The notes: generated by a model not told the origin, from the letters alone. 64,000 nt of DNA from the human T2T-CHM13v2.0 reference genome, Homo sapiens (GCF_009914755.1 NC_060932.1), one strand, 5' to 3'; shown: positions 1-15,520, counted from the stretch's first letter. Made by a program: numbers and translations.

Positions 1-4
1 AAAA

Positions 5-165
5 CACCAGCTGAGAATTACAATCATCTGGGGAACTTGAAAACACTGATAAGCAGGAGCCCGTTCTGAGATTTGTTGGTGCTCTCTGGTGGGTGCTGGG
101 TGCTAAGATTTTTTAAAGTTCCCAGGTGATCCTAATGAACAGCTGGCGTTGAAAACCACCTATCT
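5..165. mobile_element. MER5A-like hAT-Charlie DNA transposon fossil
   Basis: Ends in ttaaagttcccaggtgatcctaatgaacagctggcgttgaaaacca, resembling the MER5 terminal region. Confidence 0.6.
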
Positions 166-399
166 AAGATTATTTGAAAAGAAATTATTTGGTATTTCCC
201 CCATTCATGCTTCCATTTTTCAGATGCGCTTGTTATAAATAATAGTATAAAATGAAACTTCGTCTCAGTGCCATTTCCTAAAACCTGTTTCTCCTTCCAG
301 ACAGTTCCTAGGTATGCACTATTATATGCATCCTCCCTTCCTTTTTGCTTGCACAAATGGGTTATATGTGCAGTGTTTTGCCACTTTTACAGGTCGTTT

Positions 400-1010
400 T
401 ACAGCAGAATACAGCAGCTCATTTTAAACGGCTCCACTGCGTGGTACTCCACTGTGTGGAAATAGCATAAGTTATTTAAACTAATACTTTACGGGCAGAT
501 GTGTAGGCTGTTTGAGTGTTTTGCTGTTACAAATAGTGTTACAGTGGATAGTTTTATATGAGAGACTGTCAGTGTGTATTTTTTGTAGGAAATATTTCTA
601 AAAGTGATTCCTGGTTCAAAGGATATGTGCATTTAACATTTTGATCACTATTCCCCTCCAAAATTGTTGCACTAATGTATAATTCCAGCAATATTTTATG
701 AAAGAGCCTCTTTGCTTGTCCTCTTGCCAACACTATTTACCAAATTGATCTTTGCTGCTTGGATACACAAAAATGCTCTCATTTCTATTTGTTTGTTTTT
801 GTTTTAAATGAACCATAAAAAAATAAAGAAAAAGTAATCAACTTTTTTCTTCTGTGAACCATGCAGTTACAGTCATATCTAAGAAATATTTTACTAATAC
901 AAGGTTATAAGTATTTTCAACAATTTTTCTTCCAGGAGATTTATATTAATAATTTTGGATATTATATTTAGATATATGATTTATTTTTAATTAATTTCTG
1001 AGTATACTTT
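400..1010 (-). mobile_element. Old L1 (L1M/L1ME-type) 3' region fragment
   Basis: Antisense L1 3' motifs (tttgctgttacaaatagtg, ggttcaaaggatatgtgcatttaa, gtcatatctaagaaat); highly diverged. Confidence 0.55.
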
Positions 1011-1087
1011 ATAATGAATAGACTCAACTCCTTCATTTAAATAGAAACAACAACGTATGTGTGAGGGAGTTCAGCTTCCAGATTCAC

Positions 1088-1560
1088 TGTGGTTAAACTA
1101 CAGGACTGGGAGCTAGAATCAATGAATTCAGGCCTATCTTTACTACTTACCCTTTTTATTATTTTAGGACAGGGTCTTGCTCTGTCACCCAGGCTGGAGT
1201 GCAGTGGCGTAATCATAGCTCACTGAACTCTGAAGCTTCAACCTGCTAGGCTCAATCCATCCTCAAAATTCGTCCTCCTGAATAGTTGGGACTACAGGCA
1301 CACACCATCACGGCTGGCTATTTTTTGTACTTTTTTGTAGAGACAGGGTTTCACCGTGTTGCCCAGGCTGGTCCAGCAATTCGCCTGCCTTGGCCTCCCA
1401 AAGTGCCGGGATTACAGATGTCCACCGCACCTGGCCTCTAATACTAAATGTAATAAGTGTGATCATCAGCAAGTCACCTGACACTTCTGAGCCTGTTACC
1501 TTATATCTAATGTAAGTGGGTGTGATTGAATGACTTCAAAGCTCCTTTTAAGTGCTGAGA
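1088..1560 (+). mobile_element. MIR SINE split by an Alu
   Basis: gtggttaa...ggactgggagctagaa before the Alu; gtgtgatc...agcaagtcacctgacacttctgagcctgtt (MIR core) after it. Confidence 0.55.
1152..1436 (-). mobile_element. AluJ-type SINE
   Basis: Antisense Alu with J-type features (acagggtcttgctctgtcacc, atcatagctcactg, gttgcccaggctgg). Confidence 0.9.
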
Positions 1561-1693
1561 TTTTCTCTTAACAGTAGTTGATATTTTTACTCATTATTGG
1601 TCTCATCCAAAACAGACAGCCATAAGTTTCCCTGATGCTCCCTTTTTACTGTTTTACCTAGGTTAGCTTGGATCATCACTTTAATAGAATTGA

Positions 1694-2090
<397 letters not shown>

Positions 2091-3342
2091 TAAAAAATGC
2101 TTTATATTAAAAAATTTACATCCTGATAAAGTGCACCTTTCATTTATTTCCCAACTTAAATATTTCAAAGGAATTTGTGCTGTATCAGAAAAGGTTGCAC
2201 AAAACAAAAGACTTGCAACAATTCAGTTGTTTAACCTTATGACAGGTTCAAAGAAGTGCTCACACAGCTGTGATGGGGTCCCACAGACAACATAGTCATG
2301 GCTGTACTACTACTCCTTTTCTTATCAATGAGGAAAATAGAGTAAGGGCTTGTAGAAAACAGCTTAAAGAAGATATTTGACTTTTCTGGATTGCAACATA
2401 AGGTCCTCATTTTGGTAGCTATATATATATTGTACATTTCCCCTAGTTTTAGGAAAGGAAGCTGCTTGTCTAAAATAGTGACAACTCGACCATATGTTGA
2501 CAATTCCCATGGCCAGTGGGAAGTCACGGACTTCCTTTGTGTGATAGCAAGCTAGTGCTCATTAGATTCAAACTCAAGTGACAAATAGAAGCTGAAACTC
2601 AAAACACACACTTGGCTGTGAATCCAAGAACATGCATTTTCCACCGAGCCCTGCAATCATGGCAGCGAGAGCTTGGGGGTGTGCACAGTGGAAATACTAA
2701 GAGTTGAGAGCCCAGCAATCTGAACTGTGGTCCTAGGACCTACCATTGTGCATCCTAAGGCAATTCATGACAAGTGTTTGGCTCATAGTTTCTCCATTTG
2801 TAAGGAAAAAAAAGACTAAATAATATCTGAGAATATTAGAAATGATTTTGTAAAGCCAGTGGCAGAAAATTGATGCTTAAAAAAATTGCATCTATTGATT
2901 TATCAATGCTTTAGAGTAGCCAAAATTAATTTCAAAGGTGGAGCTTGACTCTGCCTTCAGATATGCTCTTGGCTCAAGTTTGTATGAGTGTCAGAACCTT
3001 CTGCTTCTTTTTTTTTTTTTTCCAAAGAAAATCTTGAATAGAGCTCTCTAATTCCCCAGTGCATGTAAACAATTCGCCTTACTCAAATGTTGTGGAGACA
3101 GATGAGTGCTATGTTAATCACGCTAAATAACCACTTACTATATTTTTACTAAGGGATACAACTTTTATCTCATGGCATCTCAGTTTCCACAGTTCAGATG
3201 AAACATAATGGTTATGCATGAATATTGCTGAGGGCTCCCACACACATATCTTATTCCAAATAGTCCAAAGTGTAAAACTTCCTGCCAAAACAAGTCAGAT
3301 CAGCAGAGGATTAGAAAGTTGACTCATGTAGTTTTCCCCTTG

Positions 3343-4075
3343 TGTTGTATAATGCAAAACTATATTTGGTTTTTGTCACCTCCTTGACTCCAGGCACAGA
3401 GGTCCTAAAACTTTGGGGATTTCTGAGTGATAAGTATGTCTCTTGTTATTTGTACTGGATCCCTGTTTATTACACATGAGCTTATGCTAATGAGGTGACA
3501 TAAAATGGGGCTTTATGGTCTTAGGGTGAGGCTGGTCAACAGAGAGATGAAGTGATTCTGGGTTGGAACATTCAGCCCCACCCACTAACCTCTTGGAAGA
3601 TGAGTGGGGGGCTAGAGATTGAGATCTAAAACATTCTTAAAAAATTATATTTGGAGAGGCTCAGAATTGGCAAATACATCCATGTTCTGGGAGGGTGGTG
3701 CCCCCAGCTCCACAGGAGCAAAGCTCCTGAGCTCAGGCTCTCACCAAGCCTTGCCCAATGTACCTCCTCAACTGGCAGTGCATTTGTATCTTATACTAAC
3801 CTGGTAACTGTAAGCAGAGTGCCATCCTGAATTATGTGAGCTGTGCTAACAAATCAGCCAAACTGAGGAGGGGGTTGCGAGAATTCCCAATTTATAGCTG
3901 GTCCGTGAGAAATATGGGTAGCTTCAGGGTTTGCGTTTGGCATCTAAAGTGGGGGCAGTCTTGTGGAACTGAGCCCTTAAAGCTGTGGAGCCTGATGCAT
4001 ACTCCAGGTAGCAGAATTGAATTAAATTGCTGGACACCCAGTAGGCATTTGGAGAATTGGTCATTGGTGTCAGAA
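3343..4075 (+). mobile_element. MER21-type solo LTR
   Basis: tatatttggttttt...ggcacagaggtcctaaaac...tatgctaatgaggtgac, ending near tggtgtcagaa, as in the MER21 family. Confidence 0.7.
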
Positions 4076-4458
4076 AACAGCCCAACTTCCTATCCCCCTT
4101 TTCCATCAATATTGTTTATAAATGAACTGTACATTACGATCAAGTCATCATCTTTATGAAGGGGCCCAGGTCCTATGAGGGGCAGTCAAAAGAAGTGGGA
4201 ATGTTTAGTATGAAGACTCAAAGACTAGGGTCTGAGTGGACGCTTGGCAACTACCTTCTAATAATGTAATGCTATTGTACAATATAGAGAATGATAATTT
4301 TTAAATGAGACTTACACAAAAATAGAAGATAAGACAGAATATGACAACTGAATAAGGAGTTTTCTATTGATTTAAAATGCCCAGAAATGGAATTATTTTC
4401 TCACTATAAATTTACTCATCTAAGTAATAACTCTTAAATGCTAAAAAGATTATACGCG

Positions 4459-4920
4459 TTGTCTTAATTCTTTTTTTTTTTTTTTTTTTTTTGCTGTAAA
4501 GAAATGCTGTGTAATTATTACTATTTAAAAAACATTATTTGGCTCACCATTCTGGATGTCTGAATAGTGAAAGATTGGGCATCTGTTTCTGGTGAGGGCC
4601 TCAGGCTGCTTCCACTCCTGGCAGAAGACAAAGGGGACCAGGTGTGTGTAGATCATATAGCAGGAGAGGAGAAGAAAGGGAAAGAAAGAGAGAGAGAGAT
4701 GAGGTGCCAGGATCTTTTTAATAACCTGCTATCTCTCTGGAATTAATAGAGTGAGAGCTTGTTCATCCCATGGTGTGGAGGAGAGGGGCATTAAGGGGCA
4801 TTAATCTATTCATGGGGGATCCACCCACTGACCCAAATGCCTTCCATTGGGCCCCACATTTAACATTGGGAGCAGATTACACCATGAAGTTTGGAGAGGA
4901 CCAATATCTAAAGCACAGCA
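4459..4920 (-). mobile_element. MST-type (ERVL-MaLR) solo LTR with an internal poly(T) run
   Basis: tgtctta...ttctggtgagggcctcaggctgcttccactc...gcattaatctattcatg...cacagca. Confidence 0.75.
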
Positions 4921-7900
4921 CATTACATTCAGAACTAAGTTCTCAATCAGCCTATAATCCTATAATTAGCATTAACAACAGTTGTTTTGCTTATTATTGG
5001 TTGTTTACGAAATACTTTCACATTATCCTTTCTTGCAGGATTCATAAAACTTGGTTGTTTTTGTGGCTTGTAGTGTAAAAATTCATTCCAGTGATTAAGT
5101 GAATTTTCCAAAGTAACAAAACTAGTCAGCAGTTAGTACAAATTCCCAAACCAACTTTTTGATGGAAAAATCTGGGTTATGTCAACTATATAAAATCTTT
5201 ATCTGGTGGCTGAATTCACATGAGTTTTACAACTAATTCCACTATGATCACTTCTACAAAAGATGAAAATTACTAACTTCTCTACTACTAATAATAATTT
5301 TTAACAATATAACAATATGTACCATCTCTATCTATTATGACAGTCAACACTCATTCCATATTGCAAAGAGTTACTATGAGTGTGACTCAAAAGTAGTGCT
5401 TCAACTTCCCATGGACACTGAAAGCCTAAGGTGTTGAGCCCTATTGAGAACGTTCTAATCTCTGAAGAGTAGGACTGGAGAGCTTTGCTGTTTGTAGCCA
5501 ACACTTTGTAGTTATGGAAACACGTGCTCCCTATAATTATCACAAATAACCTGCTATGGAAACATATATGATTCATTCTTTCTTGCTATATTGAAAAAAC
5601 TCAAAGGAAGTGCTACATCCCCCAACTTGACCACCATGTTAAAGAGAGAAGGTTAAGAAGAAGAAAAATCAAACACCTTTCTGCAACTCCAAATGGAACC
5701 GTCCGTTTATTGGAGGCAAAGTCCAAGTTTAAAACATCTCAAATACAGATTACAGAAAAAAACAAGATAGGGTCTATTTTAGATAGAAAACACATTTGTT
5801 GCCAAAGAATTATTAGAGAAAAGTGTATTTTGCCTTCAAGGATTATTTATTATACATGGTCACCCTGGTAGAGATTTGGGGAGAAAGGGAATCTTCACAA
5901 GTCTATAAAAATCTGCTTTGTTGGGTTTAGAATTTAGAGATAATTTTTACCCAAACCCTTGAGGATATGGACTACAGACATTTTATTTTGAGAACAATCC
6001 ATGTATTGGCTGAATAAAATGCCTTCAAGTAATATCTTCCATGTTAAAAGAATATGATTGATTCAGAAAGGTGAAAAACCAAGTGGCAGGCCAACCTTTC
6101 AGTTTTCAACAGTTTCTGGCATTCTGTGAATGTTTTATAAAATGTTGTCAAGTCAATAAAAACAAATAGTAAATAAATTCAGTCATACAAGTTTTATCTT
6201 CATGGCACTCCAAGTGATTACACTAAGACATTAAGAGGCAAGAAGTACACTATTCCATAGTAAAGGGAATTTGCTTACAGAAAATAGAATGAGATGCAAA
6301 ACATTCTATTAGTGATCACATGATTTCCTTAGATGTGATTTATCTGTTCATGTATTATGAAAGCCCAAGAGCAATATTTCATATTACTATGAATTATTTT
6401 TTAATTGAGCTATCATTGGCACACAACACAATAAACATATTTAAAGTGTGGAATTTGGTAGGCTTTGATATGCGATGATTTCCTGTGAAACCATTATCAC
6501 CACCAAGATTATAAATGTAACTATCACCCCAAAAATGCTTCTTGTGCTCCACTGAAATCTCTCCCACAACTAGAGACCCCTGTCCAAAGTTTGATTTGCT
6601 TTCTGTCAGTATAGACAATTTTTAAATTTTCCAGAATTTTTAATAAATGGAATAATATAATATGATTTGTCTGGTTTATTTCACTTGACATTTTAAGATA
6701 CAACCATGTTGAAGCAAGTATGAATAGTTCATTTATTTTAATTTCTGAGTAATATTTCATCATATAGACACATTACAGTTTGCTTATTTATTCTATTGTT
6801 GGATATTTGGGTCATTTTAGTTATTGCTGTACCAAATATAACTTCTTTGAATATGTATGTAAAATATCTTTACAATATACACATTAATTTCCACTGGGTA
6901 AATTCTTAGAAGTGAAATGGATGGATCATATATTAGTTATATGATGAAGTCTTTAAAAAACTGTCAAACTGTTCTTTAAGGTGGCTATGCAGTCATTCCA
7001 TATCCTTGCCAATACCTGACATGGTTAGTTTTTGTTTTGTTTTGTATTATGTTATTTTGTTTTCAATTTTATACCTACTAATTGTTGTGTAGTGGTAAAT
7101 CAATGCGACTTGTTTGCATTTTGCTAGTGACTGATGATGCGGATTCTCTTTCCATGTGCTTATTTGACATATGTACATCTTTTGTCACATATCAGTTCAA
7201 ACTTTTCCCATTTTTATTGAGATGTTCTCTAATTACTGAGTTTTGAGATGAATTTATTATATATTCTTTATACACGTTCCTTATCAGATATATTTCCTAC
7301 AAAAATGTTACCCTAATCTGTGGCTTGCTTTTCAATATCTTTAGAAGATCAGAAGTTCTTAATTTTGATAAAGTCCAAATTGTCATTTTTTTCTTGTATA
7401 AATTGTGCTTTTGCTGTTACACCAAAGAAATATTTGCATAACTCAAAGTCACACACATTTTCTCCTATGTTTTCTTCAAGAACTTTTATATTTTCAGATT
7501 TTACATTCATCACTATGAATCGGTATTTGTTAATTTTTGCATATGATGTGAAGCATAGATGAACAGTTTTTTATATGAATATTTAATTATTCTAGCACTA
7601 TATTTTGAAAAGATTACCTTTTCTTATTGAATTGCTCTTGCACTTTTGAGGAAAATCAGTTGACCATACATGTATGGATCTATTTCTGGATTATCTATTT
7701 CGTCTTACTTGTTCATTTATCTTTTTAAAATTCCAATATCACAAAATCATCTTTATTTTAATTTTATGATGTCTTAAAATCAGATAGTGTAAGCCCTTCA
7801 CCTATGTTCTTATTTTTAAAGTTTTGTGCCCATTATACACACTTTTTATATACATGTTAATTTTATAAATTATATCAACTATAGATCTATTTGGAAAGAA

Positions 7901-8160
7901 CTGAGATCATAACAACAGTGAAGATGAACTTCTAGTCTATGAGCAAGGTATCTCTCTTAATATATTGAAGCCTTTTTTTTTAATGTATCTTCATGACATT
8001 TTGTAGTTTTCAGCACACATGTCTTGCCAATCTCTCATCAGGTTTATCACTGTTTACTATTTTCATGCTATTGTAAATGTTAGTGTTTTTAAGTTTAAAT
8101 ATTTCCAGTTGTTAATTGCTAGTATATAGAAATACAAATGATTTTTTTTAAATGTTGATT

Positions 8161-9147
8161 GTGGTAGGCAAAACATCTGAACAGACACCTCAACAAAGCT
8201 GTACAGATGATAATAAACATGAAGAAATGCTCAACATTATGTCATCAGGACATACAAATTAAAACAACACTGAGGTACCATTATCAGAATGGTACCTGTT
8301 AGAATGGCCAAAATCCAAAACATTGACAGGAGATGCTGGTGATTAGTGGATCAACAAGGACTTTCATTCCTTGCTGATAGAAATGCATAATCAAGCAGAC
8401 GTTTGGAAGATGGCTTGAGGGTTTCTTACAAAATTAAACATATTCAACATATCATCCAGCAATCTTATTCCTTGTTATTTACCCAGATGAACTGAAAACA
8501 TGTCCATACAAAGACCTGCACTTGGAGGTTTGTGACAGCTTTATTCATAATAGCCAAAACTTGGAAGCAGCCCATATATCCTTCAGTAGATGAATGGATA
8601 AATATACTGCAGTGCACCCAGACAATGGGATATTGTTTAGCACGGAAAAGAAATGAATTACCAAACCATCAAAAGACATGAAGCAACCTTAAGTGCATAC
8701 TGCCAAGTGAAAGAAGCCAGTCTGAAAACACTACACACTCTGTGATTCTAATTATATGATGTTCTGGAAAAGGCAAGACTATAGTGACAGGAAAAGATCA
8801 GCGATTGCCGGGAGCTGGCAGTGGGGAAGGGATGAGTGATAATAAAACTATTCTGTAAGATACCATAATGTTGGATAGGTTGTTATACATTTGGTAAACA
8901 CCATACATCTGTGCAATACAAAGAGTGAACCCTAATGTAAACTATGAACTTGATAACGTATCAATATCATTTTTTGTAAAAAATGCATTGCATCATTTAA
9001 CACAAGATATTAATAGTCAGGAATATTGGGGGTCAGTAAATAAGGAGTATTATGGAAACTCTATACATTCCGTTCAGTTTTTCTGTAAACCTAAAACTGC
9101 AATAAGAGAAAATGCCTACTAATTAAAAAAAACTCATCAAACATTTA
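8161..9147 (+). mobile_element. L1MC-type 3' fragment nested in the opposite orientation
   Basis: Sense L1 ORF2 end and 3' UTR (tgaacagacacctca, gtgaaccctaatgtaaactatg, ctgtaaacctaaaactgc) with A-tail; flanked by ttaaat(g/a)ttgatt at 8148-8160 and 9148-9160. Confidence 0.8.
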
Positions 9148-9723
9148 TTAAATATTGATTACATATTATGAAGTCTTAACAAAGTAAGCTTTTTTAGTGA
9201 GGTAGTGTGTTTGTTTGTTTCTTGATATTCAAAAGGATTTTTGCATAAACTATAGTATAATATGTAAAAAAAACCCATAACTTTAATTTTTCCTCTTTAA
9301 TCTGTATGCCTATTATTTATTTTTTCTTTCCTAATTGCACTAACTAGTGCTTCCAATAAAATGCTAAACAGACATGCCTAGGACAGATATCTTTGTCTTA
9401 TTCTTGACCTCAGTGGAGACGACATTGTATATGTCACTTTTAAATAGTTTTTTTCATTGTTACTGTTCATCATGTTGAGGAAGTTCAATTCTAGTCATAG
9501 CTTGTTATGCTGTTTTGTCAGTAATGGATACTGAAATTCACCATATCCTTTCTGTGCCTATTCAAATGATCCTACATTTTTTATTCTTAAGTATTTTAAT
9601 ATCGTGAATTGTCTTGATTGATTTTTGAATGTTAAAGAATATCACAGTCTAGAGATAAATTCCACATGTTATGACTTTTCATACTTTGTATATATTGTTG
9701 AATTCTATTTGTTAGCATCTTAA

Positions 9724-10217
<494 letters not shown>

Positions 10218-11289
10218 GCTTAATAAAATTCTTTGCATCTATTTCATGAGGGATATCAGATCTTCTAGTATATTTGTCTGGTAATTCATCTTCCATTTTA
10301 AGAAAATATTTGTATAGAATTGTTATAATTTCTTCACTAAATGGTAGAATTTACCAAAGAAATCATCTTAGTTTGGAATTTTCTCTATGAAAAAATGTAA
10401 TTGAAATTAAATACATTTATTAGATGTAGGGCTATTCAGATTATCTATTTTTATCTTGATTTAGCTTTGATGGTTTCCATCTTTCAAGAAATTTGTTCAT
10501 TTATTATACATTTTAAAGTTTATTAGTATAATGTTCATAATATTTTATAATTATCAGAGGTGTAGGATCTGTAGAGATGCTACCTCTTTCAGTTCTGATC
10601 TTGAGAATATATGACTTTTATTCTGATATGTTAGGCTAAAGTTTTGTGAATTTTATTATTGTCAAATAATGTAGTTTGTACGATCTGGATTATCTAAAAT
10701 TTGTCGACATTCGCTTGTGGCTTTGGATATAGTCTATTCTGGCAAATGTTTCCTGCGCACTTGAAAAGAAAGTGCATCCTTCTGTCAATTTAAATATTGA
10801 TTAGGATTATATTGGTTGGCATTGCTGTTCATGTTTTTAGTACAGCATGACTGCTTTTTTTGTCTAGTTGTAACTTCAATTATTGAGAGGCATTAAAATA
10901 ATCAGCTATTCTTATGCATTATTTTAGTTTACCTTGCAAGTCTATGACTTATTGCTTAACATATTTTAAATCTGTTTATTAGGTACATAAATCATTTATG
11001 ATTTTTATGGTTCCTTCATTATTGTATGCCTCCCTTTATTACTGAATCTGAAACATACACTGCCTGTTATTCATATAGCTACTCCAAATTTCTTTTGTTT
11101 AATGTTAGCGTAGTATAGCTTTTTACATAATTTTCTTTAAATTTACATGTCTTCATATATTAAATGAGTTTGTTGTAGTATAATGAAAATATATACCGTA
11201 TATAGTTGATTTCTCTTTTTTATACAGTGTGACAGTCTCCACTTTTTATTGTGGTTTTGGAACATTTGTAATTAATTTGATTTTGCACA

Positions 11290-11800
11290 GTTGATGTACT
11301 ATTGTTATGTAACAAAATATCCCAAACTTACCAGCTTAAAACAACAAACTTTTATGAGCTCGCACTTTTTCTGAGGTTCAGAAACCTGGGAGGAGTATAG
11401 CTGGGCACTTCCTGCTCAGAGTCTCCATGATGTTTCATTTAAGCTGTCAGCTGGGGCTGCAGTCATAGCAGATTTGACCGAGGCTGCCCACATTACTTCC
11501 AAGATCACGCGTATGTCTTTTGAAAAGATGCTTAGTTCCTATGTAAATGAGTCTCTCCTTACTGTTGTTCATGAGCTGGCTTTATCCACAGTGAGTGATG
11601 AGCAAGAAAGAGAGAGGATGGAGAGGAGACGTCTTTTATAAGTCAGTGTCAGAGTTACACACTGTCTCTTCTTCCTTATTCTACCTGTTAGTAGTGAGTA
11701 AATAAGTCTTACCCACAATTAAGAGGAGAGAATTACAGAAGGATATGAATATCAGAAATACAGAGATTATTGAGGAATATCTTAGAGGCTGGCTACCACA
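11290..11800 (-). mobile_element. MLT1 (F/G-like) solo LTR
   Basis: tattgttatgtaacaaaatatcccaaactta...gcttaaaacaacaa, ending ggctggctaccaca. Confidence 0.7.
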
Positions 11801-13123
11801 GTGGTGTTTAAATCTACTACTTTGCTATTTATCCCATCTTTTTTCATTTCTTTGTGGGTGTGTTTTCCTGTCTTCTAGTAGGTCTCCAAATGCATTAATA
11901 TTCATTTTTGCAATATCCATAATGTTTCATCTTCTGTTAATCCCATCCAGTGTATTTTTCAACTGAGAAATTATATTTTTTATCTCCAGTTGATCTGATT
12001 GATGTATTTAATGTATTTTTCATGTTTTCATTTCACATGCTCAGTCTTTTCTCTACCTTGTTGAACATGTCAGATCCATTTGTAATAACTCTTTCAGTGT
12101 CTTTGTCCACTAATTCTATCATTTGTGCCATTTCTGGAGTGATTTCAATTCACTGATATGTCTTTTCATTCTGCCTCATATTTTCTAGCTTCTTTTTATG
12201 AATAATAGTTTTTATTAAATATCAGGTATGAATTTTATCCTTTTGCAGGCTGGCTATTTTTGTATACCAATACATGTCCTTGAACTTTTTTCTAGATCTC
12301 AGCTAACTTACTTGTAATTACTTGTATCCTTTTGATTTTTTCAAGCTTTGTTATGTAAGACAAGAGCATTAGTGAGTCTAGGACTTGTATTCTGCCACAA
12401 TGGAGGTAAAACTCTACTATGGAACGGAAGCCATCCCCAGGCCCATTTAAGCCTAAGAATTGTACCCTTAATTCTTTGGGTGTTTATTTCACTGCCCTCT
12501 GATATTTTACTTACATACATAGGTCTGTCAGTCCTCAGCTGAAGACTCAAAGAAGACTGTCTACAGGTATCTAGAATTCTCTCTCTCTCTCTCTGTTTTG
12601 CTGTCTCCTCTCATCTGTGATACTCTAGGCCATTCCTTCAAACCATGGACCATCAGGGTCCTTCTGGGTCCCCCTTACCTGTTCTGTGGTCTGGAAACAC
12701 TTCACACAGTTAGCTGAGGCAACGATAGGGTTTGCCTCATTTGTTTCCCATTCTAAAGGGATTACTGTCCTTATTGACTGATGCCCAATATTTTTAAAGA
12801 TGCAATTGTATGTATTTGTGCACTTTAAAGTTGTTTGTTTTTCTTTTGGATGGGAGGGTAAATCTGTTTCCTGTTATGCTATCTTGGATAGAAGACAAAA
12901 TGCGAGGTTATTTCTTGAAAGAGATCTAAATGGCATTATTTCATGACAGATAGAATCAGCCATATAGGGATAGGATAAAATATTATGATTAATGTGTAAC
13001 CTGGGCACTGAGAGAAGAGCATAATACATTCAAGATACAAGTTTCTGGCAGGAACAATAGCGAATGGTGGTCTCAGATTCTTTTGATCCCCTCTCTAACC
13101 ACTAACAAGCAAACCTTAGTGCC

Positions 13124-13513
13124 TGTGATGGTTAATACTGGCTGTCAACTTGATTGGATTGAAGGATACAAAGTATTGACCCTGGGTGTGTCTGTGAGGG
13201 TGTTGCCAAAAGAGATTAACATTTGAGTCAGTGGGCTGAGAAAGGCAGACCCACCCTTCATCTGGTGGGCACAATCTAATCAGCTGCCAGCACAACTAGA
13301 ATATAAGCAGGCAGGAAAATGTGAAAAGAGAGACTGACCTAGCCTCCCAGCCTACATCTTTCTCTTGTGCTGGATGCTTCCTGCCCTTGACCACTGGACT
13401 CCAGGTCTTCAGTTTTGGAACTCGGACTGGCTTTCCTTGCTCCTCAGCCTGCAGAGGGCCTATTGTGGGACCTTGTGATAGTGTGAGTTAATATTTAATA
13501 AACATTTAATAAA

Positions 13514-13552
<39 letters not shown>

Positions 13553-13590
13553 CATTAGTTCTGTTCCACTAGAGAACCCTGACTAATACA
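13124..13590 (+). mobile_element. MLT2A (ERVL) solo LTR with internal (TA)n
   Basis: TG...CA termini (tgtgatggttaatact / ccctgactaataca); 5-bp TSD gtgcc/gtacc. Confidence 0.92.
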
Positions 13591-14924
13591 GTACCTTTAT
13601 TCAAAGTTGATTTTTTTAATTTTAGATATTAGTATGTATGTGTATATATATACACAAATGAAATATATATATATAAATGGAATATATGTATATATATTCC
13701 ATTAGTTCTTTTTCTCTAGATAACCCTGACTAATAAAGTGCCTTTATTCAGAGTTGATGTTTTTTCAATTTTACATAAAAATTGAAAAAAATTATTACTG
13801 GAAAATTTAGGATTTTTTATCTACATCTAACTAGCAATATAAGTAGAGATACCATCTGCACTTAAGCACAGCTTCAGTACAAGTCTCCCTACACCCTTAA
13901 CACAGACTTGGTCACTTACACAAAAGTGTTGCCTTTAACTCCACTCATAAGAAATCTTGAAGCTACTCTACTGTGCTGGTGTCTCTGAGCACGTCGGTAT
14001 AGCATCAGGCTTCATCAATATTCACTCAGAGCTGGGGAGACTGAATCAGGCGAATAAATGAGGGGAGATGAATGGACTGGCAAGGGCAGCAACTAACACT
14101 GCAGAAAGATATATTCACCTTCTGCTTGATGCAAAAAGGAAAGCCTACGTGGTATATTATGAACTAAATAGAGTTGAACAATTTATCCTAAGATTTCAGA
14201 AGAAAGATCTTCAGCATTGAGAATGGAGAACCCAGAAAGATTATGCTAAATATGTGAGAAATGTTAGAAGACATGTTTTCTTTCCTGAATTTACATAAAA
14301 GAAAAGTAGATGTAGGTCATTCAACATCAAAATTTTCAGCCACTGCTGGAGAATGGACCCCAGTAACAATGACTGCACATCAATAAATGGACCTTTTATT
14401 TTTATTATCAAATTATGCGACCTAAATTATACATTCCTACTCAGCTAGCATTACACTTCAAAAGACAGATTTTTATAGCTGTTAAGAAAGCATACAAAAG
14501 AAGCCAAATGTGAAATAGTTTTGCTTGCCTTTACTTTTTAAGCAGGACAAAAGAAATAACAGATTCAGTAATTGATTGGAATAATGGATTCTGGTATTTA
14601 TTTAACTATTAAGGAAGGAAAAATGCTTACATGTAAAATAAGAAATGTTAAACTTCTTGATTTTTAGTTGGAAAGATTAGAGAGTCATCAACTTGTTATG
14701 TGTTATTACTTTCTAATATTTTACATTTCCGAAAACTATGGAGCAATTTTGAGCTTATGTTTCCTCTAAATAACATGAGATGAGATAGGGTCAAAAAATA
14801 GAATATGTTTTAAATTTATATTCAATGCTGTCCAAAGATTAAATTGGCTATTAAAATTAGTAGTGAGGCCCTCATTCATGGATATGTAAAAGTAGAGTCT
14901 GTGTAAAAATTCTTCACTTAATGC

Positions 14925-15520
14925 GTTATTCAAGATTCCCCAGATAAACAGAAACAATAGGATATATATGTAAATATGTGTGTATATATATATGTATGTG
15001 TGTATATATGTATATGTGTATATATATATGTATAGGTATGTGTATATATGTGTAGGTATGTGTATATATATTTATATATATCCTATTGTATATAAAATAC
15101 ATACACATATAAGAGGAAATTTATTATGGTAATGGTTCACACAATTATGGAGACTGAGAAGTCACATGATGTGCCACTTGCAAGCTGGAAATCCAGAAAA
15201 TCCTCTGGTTTAATTCTGCTAGATCCTGAAGGCCCAATAACCAGAAGAGTCAGTCCAAAGCTAAAGGCTTAGAACTAAGGTGGAGAAGGGGAGGAATTTT
15301 TCCTTTTTCCACTTTTTTATTTAATTTGAGCCTTCTATTGATTGGATAATGCCCGTTCACAGTGGTGAGGAGAAATCTCTCTCTCTCTTTTTAAATTTAG
15401 CCTACTAATTCAAATACTAATCCCTTCTGAAAACACCCTCTCAGACACCCCTAGAAATAATGTCGAATTCACTATCTGGGCCTTCTGTAACCCAATTTGA
15501 TGGGTAAAATAAACCATCAC
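14925..15520 (-). mobile_element. MLT2-family solo LTR with (TA/TG)n expansion
   Basis: ccagataaacagaaacaatagga...gaaatttattatgg...aattatggagactgagaagtc...aaataaaccatcac. Confidence 0.8.
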
